Below are positions 49,879-59,953 of a DNA stretch of 64,000 nucleotides, in pieces; the first letter of the stretch is position 1; each line of letters starts with the position of its first letter. The notes below the pieces were generated by a model, which saw only the letters and a list, made by a program, of their open reading frames with translations, had not been told where the DNA came from and made no database searches. Source of the stretch: an uncultured Planctomycetota bacterium (GTDB lineage: Bacteria; Planctomycetota; Planctomycetia; Isosphaerales; Isosphaeraceae); assembly GCA_963737655.1 (NCBI GenBank), contig CAVTTN010000002.1, forward strand, positions 448,001 through 512,000, given 5' to 3'. The translations under genes were made by a program, and so were the position numbers.

Positions 49879-50851
49879 CTACTTGATCAAACGCTCAAGC
49901 GTCTTGCCCAGGTTCGGGCCGCGGAGCTCCAGGCGGATGACCTTCCCCTCGGGATCGACGAGGAACGTGGCGGGGATCGTGTTCACCCCGAAGGCGTCCA
50001 CCACGTCCGCGCCGCTCGTGGCGTTGTGGATTTGCTTCCACGGCATCCTGTGCGTCTTGAGGAAATCGGCCAGCGGCGCCGAGGTCTCGTCCAGGCTGAT
50101 CGACACGACGTCGAACCCCTTGTCGCGGTACTTCTCGTAGGCGGCCTGGACGTTCGGCAGCTCGGCGACGCACGGGGCGCACCAGGTGGCCCAGAAATCC
50201 ACGAGCACGTATTTCCCCTTGAGGTCGCCCAGGCGGAACGGCTTGCCGGAGAGGTCTTTCAGGAGGGGGAAGGGGGCGGGCTGGCCGATCATGTCCAGGC
50301 GGTTCAGGTCGTCCCGGACCTTCGCCCGCAGCTTCGGGCTCTCGGTGAAGCGTTCGAGGAGCCCCTCGTACACCTCGCGGGCCACGCCGTACTCTCCGGC
50401 GGCCGAGGCGGCGGTGGCCAGGCTGTCGGCGAAGTTCGCGGCGAACTCCTCCTGGTCCTCCTGGCCCAGCCCCTTCATCAGCTGCTTGTACGCCAGGCAG
50501 GCCTCGTCGAACTTGCCATCCTCGGCGCGGGCCATCGTCGCGACGATCTGCGCGAGAGGCCGGACGGTCCCGTCGGGCTTCTCCTGGAGGTACTTCTTCG
50601 CCGTGGGCTCGGTCTCCAGGAACCAGTCGTGCTCGATCGCCTTTTCAAACAAGGTCATGAACTGCGCGATCCACGTCCGGCGCCTTCGGGTTCTTCTCGG
50701 CGTAGGCGGCCAGGTCGCGCATCAACTGGCGATCGTGGGCGTCGAGCAGCTCGGCGACGCTCCGGATCGGCGGGGCCGTCGGCGGTTGGGCCCGAGCGGC
50801 GATCGGGGCGAGGAGGGCGAGGACGAGGGCGAAGGCGAGGGGCCTCGGCAT
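49879..50851 (-). CDS. Secreted TlpA/ResA-like thioredoxin with N-terminal helical/TPR domain; indel at ~50663
   Basis: Signal peptide ARA-Q; VLVDFWATWCAPC, IPATFLVDPEG. Confidence 0.88.
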
Positions 50852-51044
50852 GATCGGCGGTCCTTCGGGACGTTCGGCGTCGAGCAAGGCGGGCCGGGAG
50901 TCCGTCCGAGGCCCGCCGGTTCCATGATGATCGGTCCACGCCTTCACGGCAAGGCGCGGAGGGCCCGCCCCCGGATCGGCTGTTCGAGCAGGAGGGGACT
51001 CCCGAGCCTCGCGAGCGGAGCGGCGCCGGCCCCGGGATTCGCCG

Positions 51045-51725
51045 TCACGAGCAGGATTCCTCGGCGATCGCCAGGGGCCGCAGCGACGACGACCAGGCCC
51101 GCGCCGGGGCCTTCGGGTCGGGCCTCGGGGCGTAGGCGTTGCGCCCGAGCAGGGCCGTCGGGATCGTCATCGCGAGGACCCAGAGGTCCAGGCCCAGGCC
51201 CGCGCCGTCGAGGTAGATCAGGTCCCACTCGACCCGGTCGGCCCAGGGGATCGCGTTCCGCCCCATGACCTGCGAGAGCCCGGTGATCCCCGGCCTCGCG
51301 ATCAGGCGGCGCGCCTGCCTCGGGTCGCACAGGGCGTTTTCCCAGGCCAGGAGCGGGCGAGGCCCGACCAGGCTCATCTCCCCCCGGAGGACGTTGACCA
51401 GCTGGGGCAGCTCGTCCAGGCCCGTCCGGCGGAGGACCTGGCCGATCGGGGTGATCCTCGGGTCGTCCGCCGAGACCTCGGGGTGCGAGGGCGACTCGGG
51501 CAGGACCGCGGTCATCGTGCGGAACTTGTAGACCCGGAACGGGCGGCCCCGGCGCCCGCTCCTCTCCTGAGAGAACAGGGCCGGGCCCGGCGTCGTGAGG
51601 CGGATCGCCAGCGCCACGGCGATCATCAGGGGCGAGAGGAGCACGAGCCCGGCCGAGGCCCCGACCACGTCGAGGGCCCTCTTCAGGGCCGGGGCCCACG
51701 GCGGGGCGTCCGAAGTGAGGCCCAT
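51045..51725 (-). CDS. Priming sugar transferase (Bac_transf, undecaprenyl-phosphate phosphoglycosyltransferase)
   Basis: KRALD, YKFRTM, DPRIT, LDELPQLVNVLRGEMSLVGPRP, PGITGLSQV. Confidence 0.92.
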   Translation of the reverse strand: MGLTSDAPPWAPALKRALDVVGASAGLVLLSPLMIAVALAIRLTTPGPALFSQERSGRRGRPFRVYKFRTMTAVLPESPSHPEVSADDPRITPIGQVLRRTGLDELPQLVNVLRGEMSLVGPRPLLAWENALCDPRQARRLIARPGITGLSQVMGRNAIPWADRVEWDLIYLDGAGLGLDLWVLAMTIPTALLGRNAYAPRPDPKAPARAWSSSLRPLAIAEESCS

Positions 51726-51793
51726 TCAGGTCGTCTCCGGGGACGATCGAACGTCGCGGGAAGGGAGCGGAGAGGCGTGGACTCGGGGGCCTC

Positions 51794-53197
51794 TCATCGG
51801 GCGCGGCGGAACCGGGGGGCGGCCATCAGGCCGGCGACTCGCGGCGCCCGGGGCCTGGGCAACGACGGCACCGGCACCACTCCGGCCTCGCCCAGGAGGC
51901 GCCCGAGCATCCAGCTCCACCGGGAGCAGCACGCCTCGCGCTCGAAGTCCCGGAGGAACGTCGATCGGCCCCTCTCGCCCATCGCCGAGGCCGCGTCGCC
52001 GTCGGCGGCGAGGGTCTCCAGCGCCTCGACCAGGGCCGAGGTCTCGCCCAGGCGGACGGTCAGCCCGCACCCGCTCTCGCGGATCGTGTCGGCCGTCTCG
52101 CAGTGCTCCGGCCCCACGAACACCGCCGGCCGAGCCGCCGCCATCGCCCCGTAGAGCTTGCACGGCACCACCACTCCGGTCATCTCGCGACGCATGGAGA
52201 TCAGGTGGACGTCGGCCAGCGAGATCGAGGCGTGCAGCTCCTCGCGAGGGAAGTAGTCGAGCAGGAGGACGTTGTCCAGCCCCTCCGCTTCCTTGGCGGC
52301 GACGACCTGCTTCTTCCTCGGGCCGTCGCCGACGAAGAGGAACACGATGTCGTCGCGATGCCGGAGCCTCCGGGCCGCTTCGAGGAACTCGTCGAAGGCG
52401 TGAGCCAGGCCGAGGTTCCCGGAGTACATCGCCACGAACTTGTCGGCCAGTCCGAGCTTCTGGCGGAGCGGATGCCCGTCGCGGGGCATCGGGTAGATCT
52501 CCTCGCGGCGGCTCCAGACATGGATCGTCTCGATCCGGTTCGGCCGGACCTTCTTCGCCTCGATCCGGTCGGCCATGTACGGGCCGAGCACCACCACGCG
52601 GTCGGCCGCGCGGTACACGGCGTCGGAGAGCCACGCCAGAGCGGCGACCACGGGGTTGCGGCGGCCCAGGAGCCCCAGCTCGATCCCGGCGTCGGGATGC
52701 AGGTCCATGCTCCAGAAGACGTGGAGGGTCCGCTTCAAGCGGGCCAGGACCACGCCGATCAGGCCGATGATCGGCGGGGTGGTCAGCGTGACCGTCACGT
52801 CGCATCGGGGCATCGCCACGGCGGCGATCAGGGCCTGGGCGTAGAAGCTCAGGTAATCGACCATCCGCCGGGCGAACGACCGCCGGCCCAGGGACGTCGA
52901 TCCCACCCGGTGGATCCGGACGCCGTTGTGGACCTCGTGCGACGGCACCGAGGACCTCTTGCCCTGGTAGCCGCCCTTGCTGCACAGCACGTGGCACTCA
53001 TACCCCCGATCGGCCAGGCTCTCGGCCAGGTCGGTCAGGTGCTGCGCCGTGCTCGCGCGGTCGGGCCAGTAATACTGGTTGATGAACAGGAGCTTGGTCG
53101 GGCCCGTCGGGGTGGCCGGGCCGGCTTCGGCCCGGCTCAGGCCGCGATCGGTCCGGACCTTCCGCGACCGGTCCAGGAGACGCTTCCCTGCGCCCAT
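51794..53197 (-). CDS. Glycosyltransferase family 4 (WcaI/WbuB-like)
   Basis: INQYYWPD, MYSGNLGLAH, VGDG, VPCKLYGAMAAARP. Confidence 0.9.
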   Translation of the reverse strand: MGAGKRLLDRSRKVRTDRGLSRAEAGPATPTGPTKLLFINQYYWPDRASTAQHLTDLAESLADRGYECHVLCSKGGYQGKRSSVPSHEVHNGVRIHRVGSTSLGRRSFARRMVDYLSFYAQALIAAVAMPRCDVTVTLTTPPIIGLIGVVLARLKRTLHVFWSMDLHPDAGIELGLLGRRNPVVAALAWLSDAVYRAADRVVVLGPYMADRIEAKKVRPNRIETIHVWSRREEIYPMPRDGHPLRQKLGLADKFVAMYSGNLGLAHAFDEFLEAARRLRHRDDIVFLFVGDGPRKKQVVAAKEAEGLDNVLLLDYFPREELHASISLADVHLISMRREMTGVVVPCKLYGAMAAARPAVFVGPEHCETADTIRESGCGLTVRLGETSALVEALETLAADGDAASAMGERGRSTFLRDFEREACCSRWSWMLGRLLGEAGVVPVPSLPRPRAPRVAGLMAAPRFRRAR

Positions 53198-53319
53198 TCT
53201 CGGGGTCCTCCCGGGGAGAGGCGGGTTCCATCCCGCCGATCTGGAATCGGATCAATCGGTTCGCTTCGCTTCCGTTCGGACGGACGCACGAGGGCCGGAT
53301 CGGCCGGCCCCCCGCCTGC

Positions 53320-54282
53320 TCACCACTTCGTGTCGGCCATCGCCTTGTTGGCGCGATACCACGCCACCGTCTTCGCCAGCCCCTCGCGGAGGGTCGTCGG
53401 CGGGCTCCAGCCGTCGAGGACCTGCTTCATCCTCGTCACGTCCAGCACCTTCAACGCGGCGCCGTCGGGCTTGTCCGTCAGCCAGGTCATCTTGCCCTGG
53501 TACTGGGTCACGGCGTTCATCGTCTCGGCCAGCTCGCGGATCGACGTGCCGATGCCGGTGCCGAGGTTCAGGGGGGTGGAGCAATCGTCATACGTCTCGG
53601 CGGCGAGGACGATCGCATCGGCGCAGTCCTCGACGTAGATGAACTCGCGGACGGCCTTGCCCGTGCCCCAGACCTCCACGGTCGGGCTCTTCTTCATCTC
53701 GGCCTCGACGAACTTCCTCACGAGGGCGGCGACGACGTGGGAGCGCTCGGGGTTGTAGCTGTCGCCGGGGCCGTAGAGGTTCGTCAGGATCAGGTGGATC
53801 GAGTCCAGGCCGTACTGCTTCTTGTACGCCTGCGCCTGGACGGCCATCATCTTCTTGGTCAGGCCGTAGTTGACGACCGAGGCATGGCACGGCCCGGCCC
53901 AGAGGTCGGACTCCTTCAGGTGGCCTTCCAGGTAGCCGGGGTAGCTGCACGCCGTCCCGATCGCCACGAACTTCTTCACGTTGGCCAGCCGCGCGGCCTC
54001 CATGATGTTCGCGCCCATGACGAGGTTCGAGTAATAGAGCGTGGCCGGCTGAGTCTGGTTGATCCCGATCCCGCCGTAATACGCGGCGGCATGGAACAGG
54101 TGGTCGCAGGGATGCTCCAGGACGCACCTCAGGCAGGCGTCCAGGGACGTGAGGTTGTAATCGCGCTGGCGGGGGACGAACACCTTCGCGCCCAGGGATT
54201 CCAGGCGCTTGACCAGGTGCTGGCCGAGGAACCCGGCCCCTCCGGTGACGGTCACTCGCTTGTCGGACCAGAAGCTCTTCAC
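53320..54282 (-). CDS. GDP-L-fucose synthase-like NAD(P)-dependent epimerase/reductase
   Basis: TGGAGFLG, GTACSYP, YGLTK, NLYGPGD, SHVVAAL, WGTG...REF; GTG start with GGAGGTGA SD. Confidence 0.88.
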   Translation of the reverse strand: MKSFWSDKRVTVTGGAGFLGQHLVKRLESLGAKVFVPRQRDYNLTSLDACLRCVLEHPCDHLFHAAAYYGGIGINQTQPATLYYSNLVMGANIMEAARLANVKKFVAIGTACSYPGYLEGHLKESDLWAGPCHASVVNYGLTKKMMAVQAQAYKKQYGLDSIHLILTNLYGPGDSYNPERSHVVAALVRKFVEAEMKKSPTVEVWGTGKAVREFIYVEDCADAIVLAAETYDDCSTPLNLGTGIGTSIRELAETMNAVTQYQGKMTWLTDKPDGAALKVLDVTRMKQVLDGWSPPTTLREGLAKTVAWYRANKAMADTKW

Positions 54283-54356
54283 AGAATCACCTCCCTGTTC
54301 GTGGCGGATGGTCTCGGGGGAGAGAGGGATCGATCGTCGGTGAGACGGTCCGGCGG

Positions 54357-54968
54357 TCAACGGCGACGTCGGGAGAGCCAGCCCACTCCGATCAGGCAAA
54401 GGCATGTGGCGGAGGCCGGCTCGGGGACGGACTGGAACGAACGGACCTCGCCCAAGAATTCCAGGGACGACTGGCCATTCAGGGTCCCCTGCGAGAGCGC
54501 GAACGAGTTCACGGCGGCGAAGTCGTTCGGGTCCAGAGACGTGGGCGGCCCGCTCGGCGGGAAGACCGAGGCCGGGTCGCCACTCACCTGGAGTGTCAGC
54601 GAGGCCGAGAGCAGGTTGACGGGGTTGCTCTGACTGATCGTCAGGTAAGGGTCGAGGGGGCTTGTGGGGACCTTCAGATCGATCGGGCCGGTCGAGAAGA
54701 AGAGGGTCCGACCCTGGAACTCGGCCGTGATCGAACCGGCGCCGAGCTGGTAATCGCGGACTCCGTTCGCCTCGGTGCTCGCGATCACCTGAGTCGGGTC
54801 GAAGGAGACGGTCCCCGAAAATGGCGTCCCGGGGGCCCAGGACGACGGATGGGCGGAGGTCCCCAACTGGCCCCCGAACGTGAAGCTCAGGACGTCGCCG
54901 CGGGCGGCCCCATCGGCGAGGAACAGGCCGAGCCACGCGACGGCGGCGACAGCGAACTTCCGGGCCAA
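54357..54968 (-). CDS. PEP-CTERM sorting-domain protein
   Basis: Signal peptide ending ARG; C-terminal VPEPAS-TM-RRRR*; TTG start after AGGAAAGGA. Confidence 0.85.
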   Translation of the reverse strand: MARKFAVAAVAWLGLFLADGAARGDVLSFTFGGQLGTSAHPSSWAPGTPFSGTVSFDPTQVIASTEANGVRDYQLGAGSITAEFQGRTLFFSTGPIDLKVPTSPLDPYLTISQSNPVNLLSASLTLQVSGDPASVFPPSGPPTSLDPNDFAAVNSFALSQGTLNGQSSLEFLGEVRSFQSVPEPASATCLCLIGVGWLSRRRR

Positions 54969-55030
54969 CTTGTTAGTCCTTTCCTGGTTGGGTGGTATGC
55001 TGACGTCTGCGCGAGCCTGCCCGCGGTCGC

Positions 55031-55107
55031 CGGGTGTCACTGGTGGTCTGCGGCTGATGCGTTGGATTCCGCCCGAGGCACTGGTCGCGGACGACGAGTG
55101 GCACCCG
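55031..55107. repeat. Degenerate REP-like inverted pair CGGGTGTCACT...AGTGGCACCCG
   Basis: Terminal inverted repeat with internal CACTGGT repeats. Confidence 0.45.
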
Positions 55108-55170
55108 ACGCCAAGGAAGAGGAGAGAATCAAGGACACCAAGAACCGGATTCCTCGTCCGCTCTTCTCTT

Positions 55171-55203
55171 CCCTTGGCGAACTTGGCGTCTTGGCGGTTA
55201 ATC
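55171..55203 (-). repeat. Second copy of the CCAAG-GACG arm of the 10330 palindrome
   Basis: CCCTTGGCGAACTTGGCGTCTTGGCGGTTAATC differs from 10533-10565 by 1 nt. Confidence 0.85.
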
Positions 55204-55210
55204 CCATCCC

Positions 55211-56140
55211 TCACACGTTCGCGAACGGGTTCTGGAACTCGATCAGCTTCGCCGCGCGGACCAGCTCGGCGATCCCTCGGTCGAGGTCGATCGTCGTCTC
55301 GAAGCCCTTCTCGCGGATCTTCTGGTAGGAGACCTCGTAGTTGCGCTGGTCGGCGTCCGTGCCGACCTCCGCGAAGTGCAGGTAGAAGTCGACGTGCTTG
55401 AGGATCTGCCTCGCCACGTCCTCCTTCGTGAAGTTCATCGACTCGTGGCCGACGTTGTACACGTCGTCCTTCACCGTGTCCCAGCGATCCAGGGCGAACA
55501 TGATCGAGCGGGCCATGTCGCGGACGTGAACAAACGTTCGCTTGAAGCCGCCCTCATACACGATCAGGTTGCGGTTCTTCACGGCCTGATACGTGAAGTC
55601 GTTGGGCATGAGGTCCAGGCGCATCCGGTTGGAGACGCCGAAGGCGGTGGCGTAGCGATACGCGACGCTGTTGCCGGCCTCCAGGACCATCTCCTCGGCC
55701 TTGGCCTTGGTCTCGCCGTAGAGGGTGATCGGGGCCGTCGGGGTGTTCTCGTTGCAGATGTAGTCGGGCACCGAGCCGTAGATGGAACCGGTCGAGGCGA
55801 AAATGACCTTCTGGTCCTTCTTGCGGTGCTTCAGGAGGGTGCGGGTGCCGTCCACGTTGGTGGCCTGGGCGACCTGCGGCTCCTTCTTGCACGCGGGATA
55901 GCCGACGATCGCCGCGAGGTGGACGACGGCGTCCATCCCGTCCAGGGCCTTGGCCATCCCGGCGTCGTCGGTGACGTCGCCCTTCATCAGCTCGAAGAAG
56001 CGGTTCTCGCAGCACGGCAGGAGGCCGTGGCCGCCGAACTTCAGCGAGTCATACACGCGGACCCGGTGCCCCTGCTCCAGGAGCATGGGGACGAGGGTCG
56101 ATCCAACGTAGCCGGCTCCGCCGGTGACGAGAATGCGCAT
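55211..56140 (-). CDS. NAD-dependent epimerase/dehydratase (extended SDR)
   Basis: ILVTGGAGYVG, HLAAIVG, YGETK, RMRLDL, DQRNY. Confidence 0.9.
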   Translation of the reverse strand: MRILVTGGAGYVGSTLVPMLLEQGHRVRVYDSLKFGGHGLLPCCENRFFELMKGDVTDDAGMAKALDGMDAVVHLAAIVGYPACKKEPQVAQATNVDGTRTLLKHRKKDQKVIFASTGSIYGSVPDYICNENTPTAPITLYGETKAKAEEMVLEAGNSVAYRYATAFGVSNRMRLDLMPNDFTYQAVKNRNLIVYEGGFKRTFVHVRDMARSIMFALDRWDTVKDDVYNVGHESMNFTKEDVARQILKHVDFYLHFAEVGTDADQRNYEVSYQKIREKGFETTIDLDRGIAELVRAAKLIEFQNPFANV

Positions 56141-56359
56141 GATGCGGCCCATCCGTGGTGGCTCGTGAGACGCGCCTGGACGTCGTGTCGAGTCGGGTTG
56201 TGGTGTGAAGTCGAGCGATCCGGCAAGGCAAGGCAAGATGGGACGGGCGATTCGATCGATCGCAGGCCAGGCCCCCGTCCGTGCGGCCTTGACTCCCGGT
56301 CAGGAAAGGCTCGGCGGGCCGTCGGTCGCCTCCAACTCCCGGCCCCGTCGAGTGGCGAG

Positions 56360-56388
56360 AGTATGGCCCCGGCCGCCCGGGGTGTCAA
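56360..56388 (-). promoter_or_regulatory. sigma70-type promoter TTGACA-N17-CATACT for the EPS/nucleotide-sugar genes
   Basis: Perfect -35, 17-bp spacer, plausible -10. Confidence 0.55.
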
Positions 56389-56390
56389 CT

Positions 56391-59237
56391 TCAGTTTTTC
56401 CCCGAAATCGGTCCGGAAACCAGCGCCCGAAAGTCCTCGCGAGACCGCAACGGGGCAAGCTGGGGCATCCGGGCCAGGACTCGCCGATCGGCGCCCAGGC
56501 GGACGGCCTCCGCCAGCGCCTCCACGGCCTCCTTGCCCACCGCGTCGCCGTCGATCCCCGCGGCGCCGTCCTTCGGGCCGGGCGAGACGAGGGCCTGGGC
56601 CAGCTCCACCCCGAGGAATACCGCGGCGTCGGCCCGGCCGGGGAACAGCGAGCGGCGCCTCCGGCTCAGCGGGAGGCTCTCGGCGACCCGGCCGTCTCGG
56701 CGGAGGAGGGTCGCGAGGCTGGCCAGGTGGTTCGCCAGGAACCGCCGGGGGGTGGCGGCCGAGGGCTCCTTCTTCAGCGCGTCGTCCTCGACCACGATCG
56801 CCTCGCGATACCTCGCCTCGGCCTGGGCGGTCTGGCCCAGCCCGTCGAAGACCATCGCCAGATTGTGGATCGCCCCGCCCAGGCCGCTGGCCGCCCGGGG
56901 GTTGTCGGGCTGGTCGCGGCGCAGCCTCGCCCGGATCTCCACGCACTTCGCCATCGGCTCCCGGGCCCGGTCGGGCCGGTCCAGCCCGAGGAAATGCATG
57001 CCGATATTGTCATAACTGCGAGCGAGATACTCGGCCAGGTCGGCCGACTCGGGCTCCTCCGCCAGGAGGGCCTCGCGGAGGTCTCGCCCGCGTTCCAGGA
57101 ACGGCAGGGCCTTCGCCGGTCGGCCCGTATGGCCGAGGAACAGGCCCAGCTCGTTGCAGATCCTCGCCAGGTCGGACCGCTCCTCGACGCCCGAGGGCGT
57201 CGCCTGGACCCGGGCCTCGTGGGCCTGAAGCGCCGCGGTGTAGAGCGCCTCGGCGTCGGCGGCGCGGCCCTCGTCCGAGGCGATGTCGCCCAGGCGGTGC
57301 TGGACGTCGCCGAACTGGCCGAGGAGGCCGAGGCTCTCCGGATGCTTCGCGGTGGCGTCCTTGAGGAAGTCCCGGAGCCGGACCAGCTCGTCCCGACACT
57401 CGGCGAGCCGGCCGACGTCGCCGAACGTCTTGGCCACGTTCGACATCGAGATCGCCCGGTCGGTGAGCCCCTGCACGTCCCCGGGAGATCCCGCGAGGTA
57501 GGCTTGAGCGACTTCGGCCGACCTCCGATAGTATTCGCGGGCCAGGTCCGTGGGGCCGGGCTTCCCGGGGCCGTCGGAGAATAGCCGGCGAGCATTCCCG
57601 GCGTTATTCAGGGCCTTCCCGTGCCACAGCCTCAGGAACGGCCGCTCGGGATGCTCGCGGGCGAGCGTCTCGTACAGGCCCGCCGCCCTCTCGAAGCTCG
57701 CCAGGGCCAGCCGGTTCTCGCCCAGGTCGTTCTGGATGTTCCCCACGTTCAGGTAGGAGTTCGCCACCTCGTACCGCAGCTCCGGGTCCTCGGCGTGCTG
57801 CGCGAGGAACTTCTCGTGATACTTCAGGGCGTCGCCCAGGAGCTCGCGTCGGAGGCCCTGGAGCCCGGGACGCTTCAGGCGGGGGCTCTGGCTGACCCTC
57901 GTGAGGTAGTCCTCGACGGCCTTCCTCGCCTGCTGGTAGTTCTCGTCGGCACGCCTCGCCTCGGCCTTCGCCGCCTCTTTCGCCCGGATCGCCAGCGTCT
58001 TCTGCGCCTCGGCCCGCCGCCACTCCAGGACGATCCCGCCCACCCCGGCCGCCGCCGTGGCGATCAGCAAGACGACGAGCGCCGCGATCGCCGGCCGCCG
58101 CTTCGCCCACTTCGCCAGCCTCTCCGGCGAGGAGATCGGCCGGGCTAAAATCGGCTCGCCGGCCGACCACCGCTCCAGCTCCTCGGCCAGCGCCTCGGCC
58201 GACCCGTACCGCCTGGCCGGGTCTTTTTCCAGGCATTTCAGGCAGATCGTCTCCAGGTCGCGATCGACCTTCGGGTTCCTCTTCCTCGGCGATTCCGGCT
58301 CCTTCTCCAGGACGAGCAGCAAGATATCCATCGAGCTCGCCGCGCGGAACGGGGCCTCTCCGGTGATCGTGGCATACAGGACGGCCCCCAGCCCGTAGAC
58401 GTCGCTCGCCGTGGTGACCTTCCCCCGGCTGCCGCTGGCCTGCTCCGGGGGCATGTAGCCGGGCGTCCCCAGGACGGCCCCGGTGACCGTCATCCCCCGG
58501 TCGCCCCCGCCCTTGCCCTCGGACTCCACCCGCTTCGCCAGGCCGAAATCCGTGACATGGGGCTGTCTCTGCTCGTCCAAGAGGATGTTGGCCGGCTTCA
58601 GGTCGCGATGGAGGATGCCCCTCTGATGCGCGTAATGGACGGCCCTCGCCACGATCGCCACCAGGCGGGCCGCCTCGGGCAGGTCGTCCGGCAGCCGATG
58701 GACCTCCCCGGCCAGGCTCCCCCCGCCGACCAGCTTCATGCTGAAGAAGTGCTGGCCGTCGAGCTCGCCGACCTCGTAGATCGGCACGATGTTCGGATGG
58801 TCCAGGCCGGCCGCCGCCTCCGCCTCCAGCAGGAATCGCTCGACGTCCGCCGGACCGGCCAGAGACCCCGACAGGATCATCTTGAGCGCCACGTCCCGCC
58901 CCAGGGACACCTGCCGGGCCCGGAACACCACGCCCATCCCGCCCCGGGCCAGCTCCTGGCGGAGCTCATAATCGCCGAACCCATGCCGGGAGGACGAGAC
59001 CGCTCCCCCCTCCCCGGCGGCGGTCGGCTCCGACCCGAGGGCCCCTCCGGACGGGAGCAGCGTCGCCGCCTCCGCCATGTCCTCCCCGGGGCGAGGGCCG
59101 AAGGTCGAGGCCGGCGGGATCGTCGCCGCCTCCGAAAGCCCCACGTCCCACGCGGTCCCGCACCTCGGGCACGCCCCGATCGTCTCGGCAGCCTGCAATT
59201 TCGCCCCGCACGACCGGCACTCGATCGCCCCCAGCAT
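56391..59237 (-). CDS. Ser/Thr protein kinase with N-terminal Zn ribbon, single TM and C-terminal TPRs
   Basis: CRSC..CPRC; ARGGMGVV, VALK, HRDLKPANI, DFGLAK, GTPGYMPPEQ; TM IAALVVLLIATAAAGVGGIVL; TPR-like repeats. Confidence 0.93.
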   Translation of the reverse strand: MLGAIECRSCGAKLQAAETIGACPRCGTAWDVGLSEAATIPPASTFGPRPGEDMAEAATLLPSGGALGSEPTAAGEGGAVSSSRHGFGDYELRQELARGGMGVVFRARQVSLGRDVALKMILSGSLAGPADVERFLLEAEAAAGLDHPNIVPIYEVGELDGQHFFSMKLVGGGSLAGEVHRLPDDLPEAARLVAIVARAVHYAHQRGILHRDLKPANILLDEQRQPHVTDFGLAKRVESEGKGGGDRGMTVTGAVLGTPGYMPPEQASGSRGKVTTASDVYGLGAVLYATITGEAPFRAASSMDILLLVLEKEPESPRKRNPKVDRDLETICLKCLEKDPARRYGSAEALAEELERWSAGEPILARPISSPERLAKWAKRRPAIAALVVLLIATAAAGVGGIVLEWRRAEAQKTLAIRAKEAAKAEARRADENYQQARKAVEDYLTRVSQSPRLKRPGLQGLRRELLGDALKYHEKFLAQHAEDPELRYEVANSYLNVGNIQNDLGENRLALASFERAAGLYETLAREHPERPFLRLWHGKALNNAGNARRLFSDGPGKPGPTDLAREYYRRSAEVAQAYLAGSPGDVQGLTDRAISMSNVAKTFGDVGRLAECRDELVRLRDFLKDATAKHPESLGLLGQFGDVQHRLGDIASDEGRAADAEALYTAALQAHEARVQATPSGVEERSDLARICNELGLFLGHTGRPAKALPFLERGRDLREALLAEEPESADLAEYLARSYDNIGMHFLGLDRPDRAREPMAKCVEIRARLRRDQPDNPRAASGLGGAIHNLAMVFDGLGQTAQAEARYREAIVVEDDALKKEPSAATPRRFLANHLASLATLLRRDGRVAESLPLSRRRRSLFPGRADAAVFLGVELAQALVSPGPKDGAAGIDGDAVGKEAVEALAEAVRLGADRRVLARMPQLAPLRSREDFRALVSGPISGKN

Positions 59238-59435
59238 GACGCAAACCCCTCTCAGGCCGGTCCGCCGCCCTTCTCCCCTCCAAGGATTGTCGCATCCCCG
59301 GATCAACAGGCCCACACAATTCGCCGATCCCGGAGGATCGCCCAGGGCCGTTTCGTTTTCGAGCCTGCCAAAGCCGTAACTTTCGTGGCTGGTGCGGGTT
59401 CCGAAACCGGAAGTACGTGTTTAGCGGGTGAGAAG

Positions 59436-59523
59436 GCGGTTTTTGTAGGGCCCGCGATTGCGGACCTCTTCGATTACGCTTCGTCGCCAGGAGGTCCGCA
59501 ATCGCGGACCCTACAAAAACCGC
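59436..59523. repeat. REPIN-like inverted doublet of a GTAG-REP (GTAGGG(C/T)CCGCGATTGCGGACC)
   Basis: 33-bp arms at 59436-59468 and 59491-59523 with one mismatch; each arm is itself a hairpin preceded by GTAG. Confidence 0.8.
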
Positions 59524-59701
59524 GATTGGAGGCGCCAAACACGGACAGCCGGAACCCGTGCCACCCAAAATGCTTCCGGCCGACAGCTCTCGGGGAAGGA
59601 ACCGACCCTCCCAACCCCGGAAGCTCGGTTGAATCCCCAGGGCGTTTCCGAGTAAGATGGCCCCCTTTCGATCCGTCTCGAAACGATGGGGAGCGTTGGA
59701 C

Positions 59702-59953
59702 ATGGGCATGCGTCGGATGGGTAGCACGATCCGGGCCCGGCAGAAGTTGAAGTCGATGAAGCGCAACGCGCCGAGGAAGGTGAAGGAACGGGCCCGACGC
59801 GACGCCCGGATGCTCACCGCCCTCCAGGCCGCCAGCCTCCCCTACACCCCCTGGGTCATGAGCTGGCTGAGCACCCAGCTCGACAAGAAGTCCACCGCCA
59901 TCACCCAGGACGACGTCCAGGGCCTCCTCGCCGCCCATTCCGCCGTCGCCTGA
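59702..59953 (+). CDS. Small basic hypothetical protein (83 aa)
   Basis: GGGGAG SD; Lys/Arg-rich N-half; strong GC3 bias. Confidence 0.7.
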   Translation: MGMRRMGSTIRARQKLKSMKRNAPRKVKERARRDARMLTALQAASLPYTPWVMSWLSTQLDKKSTAITQDDVQGLLAAHSAVA

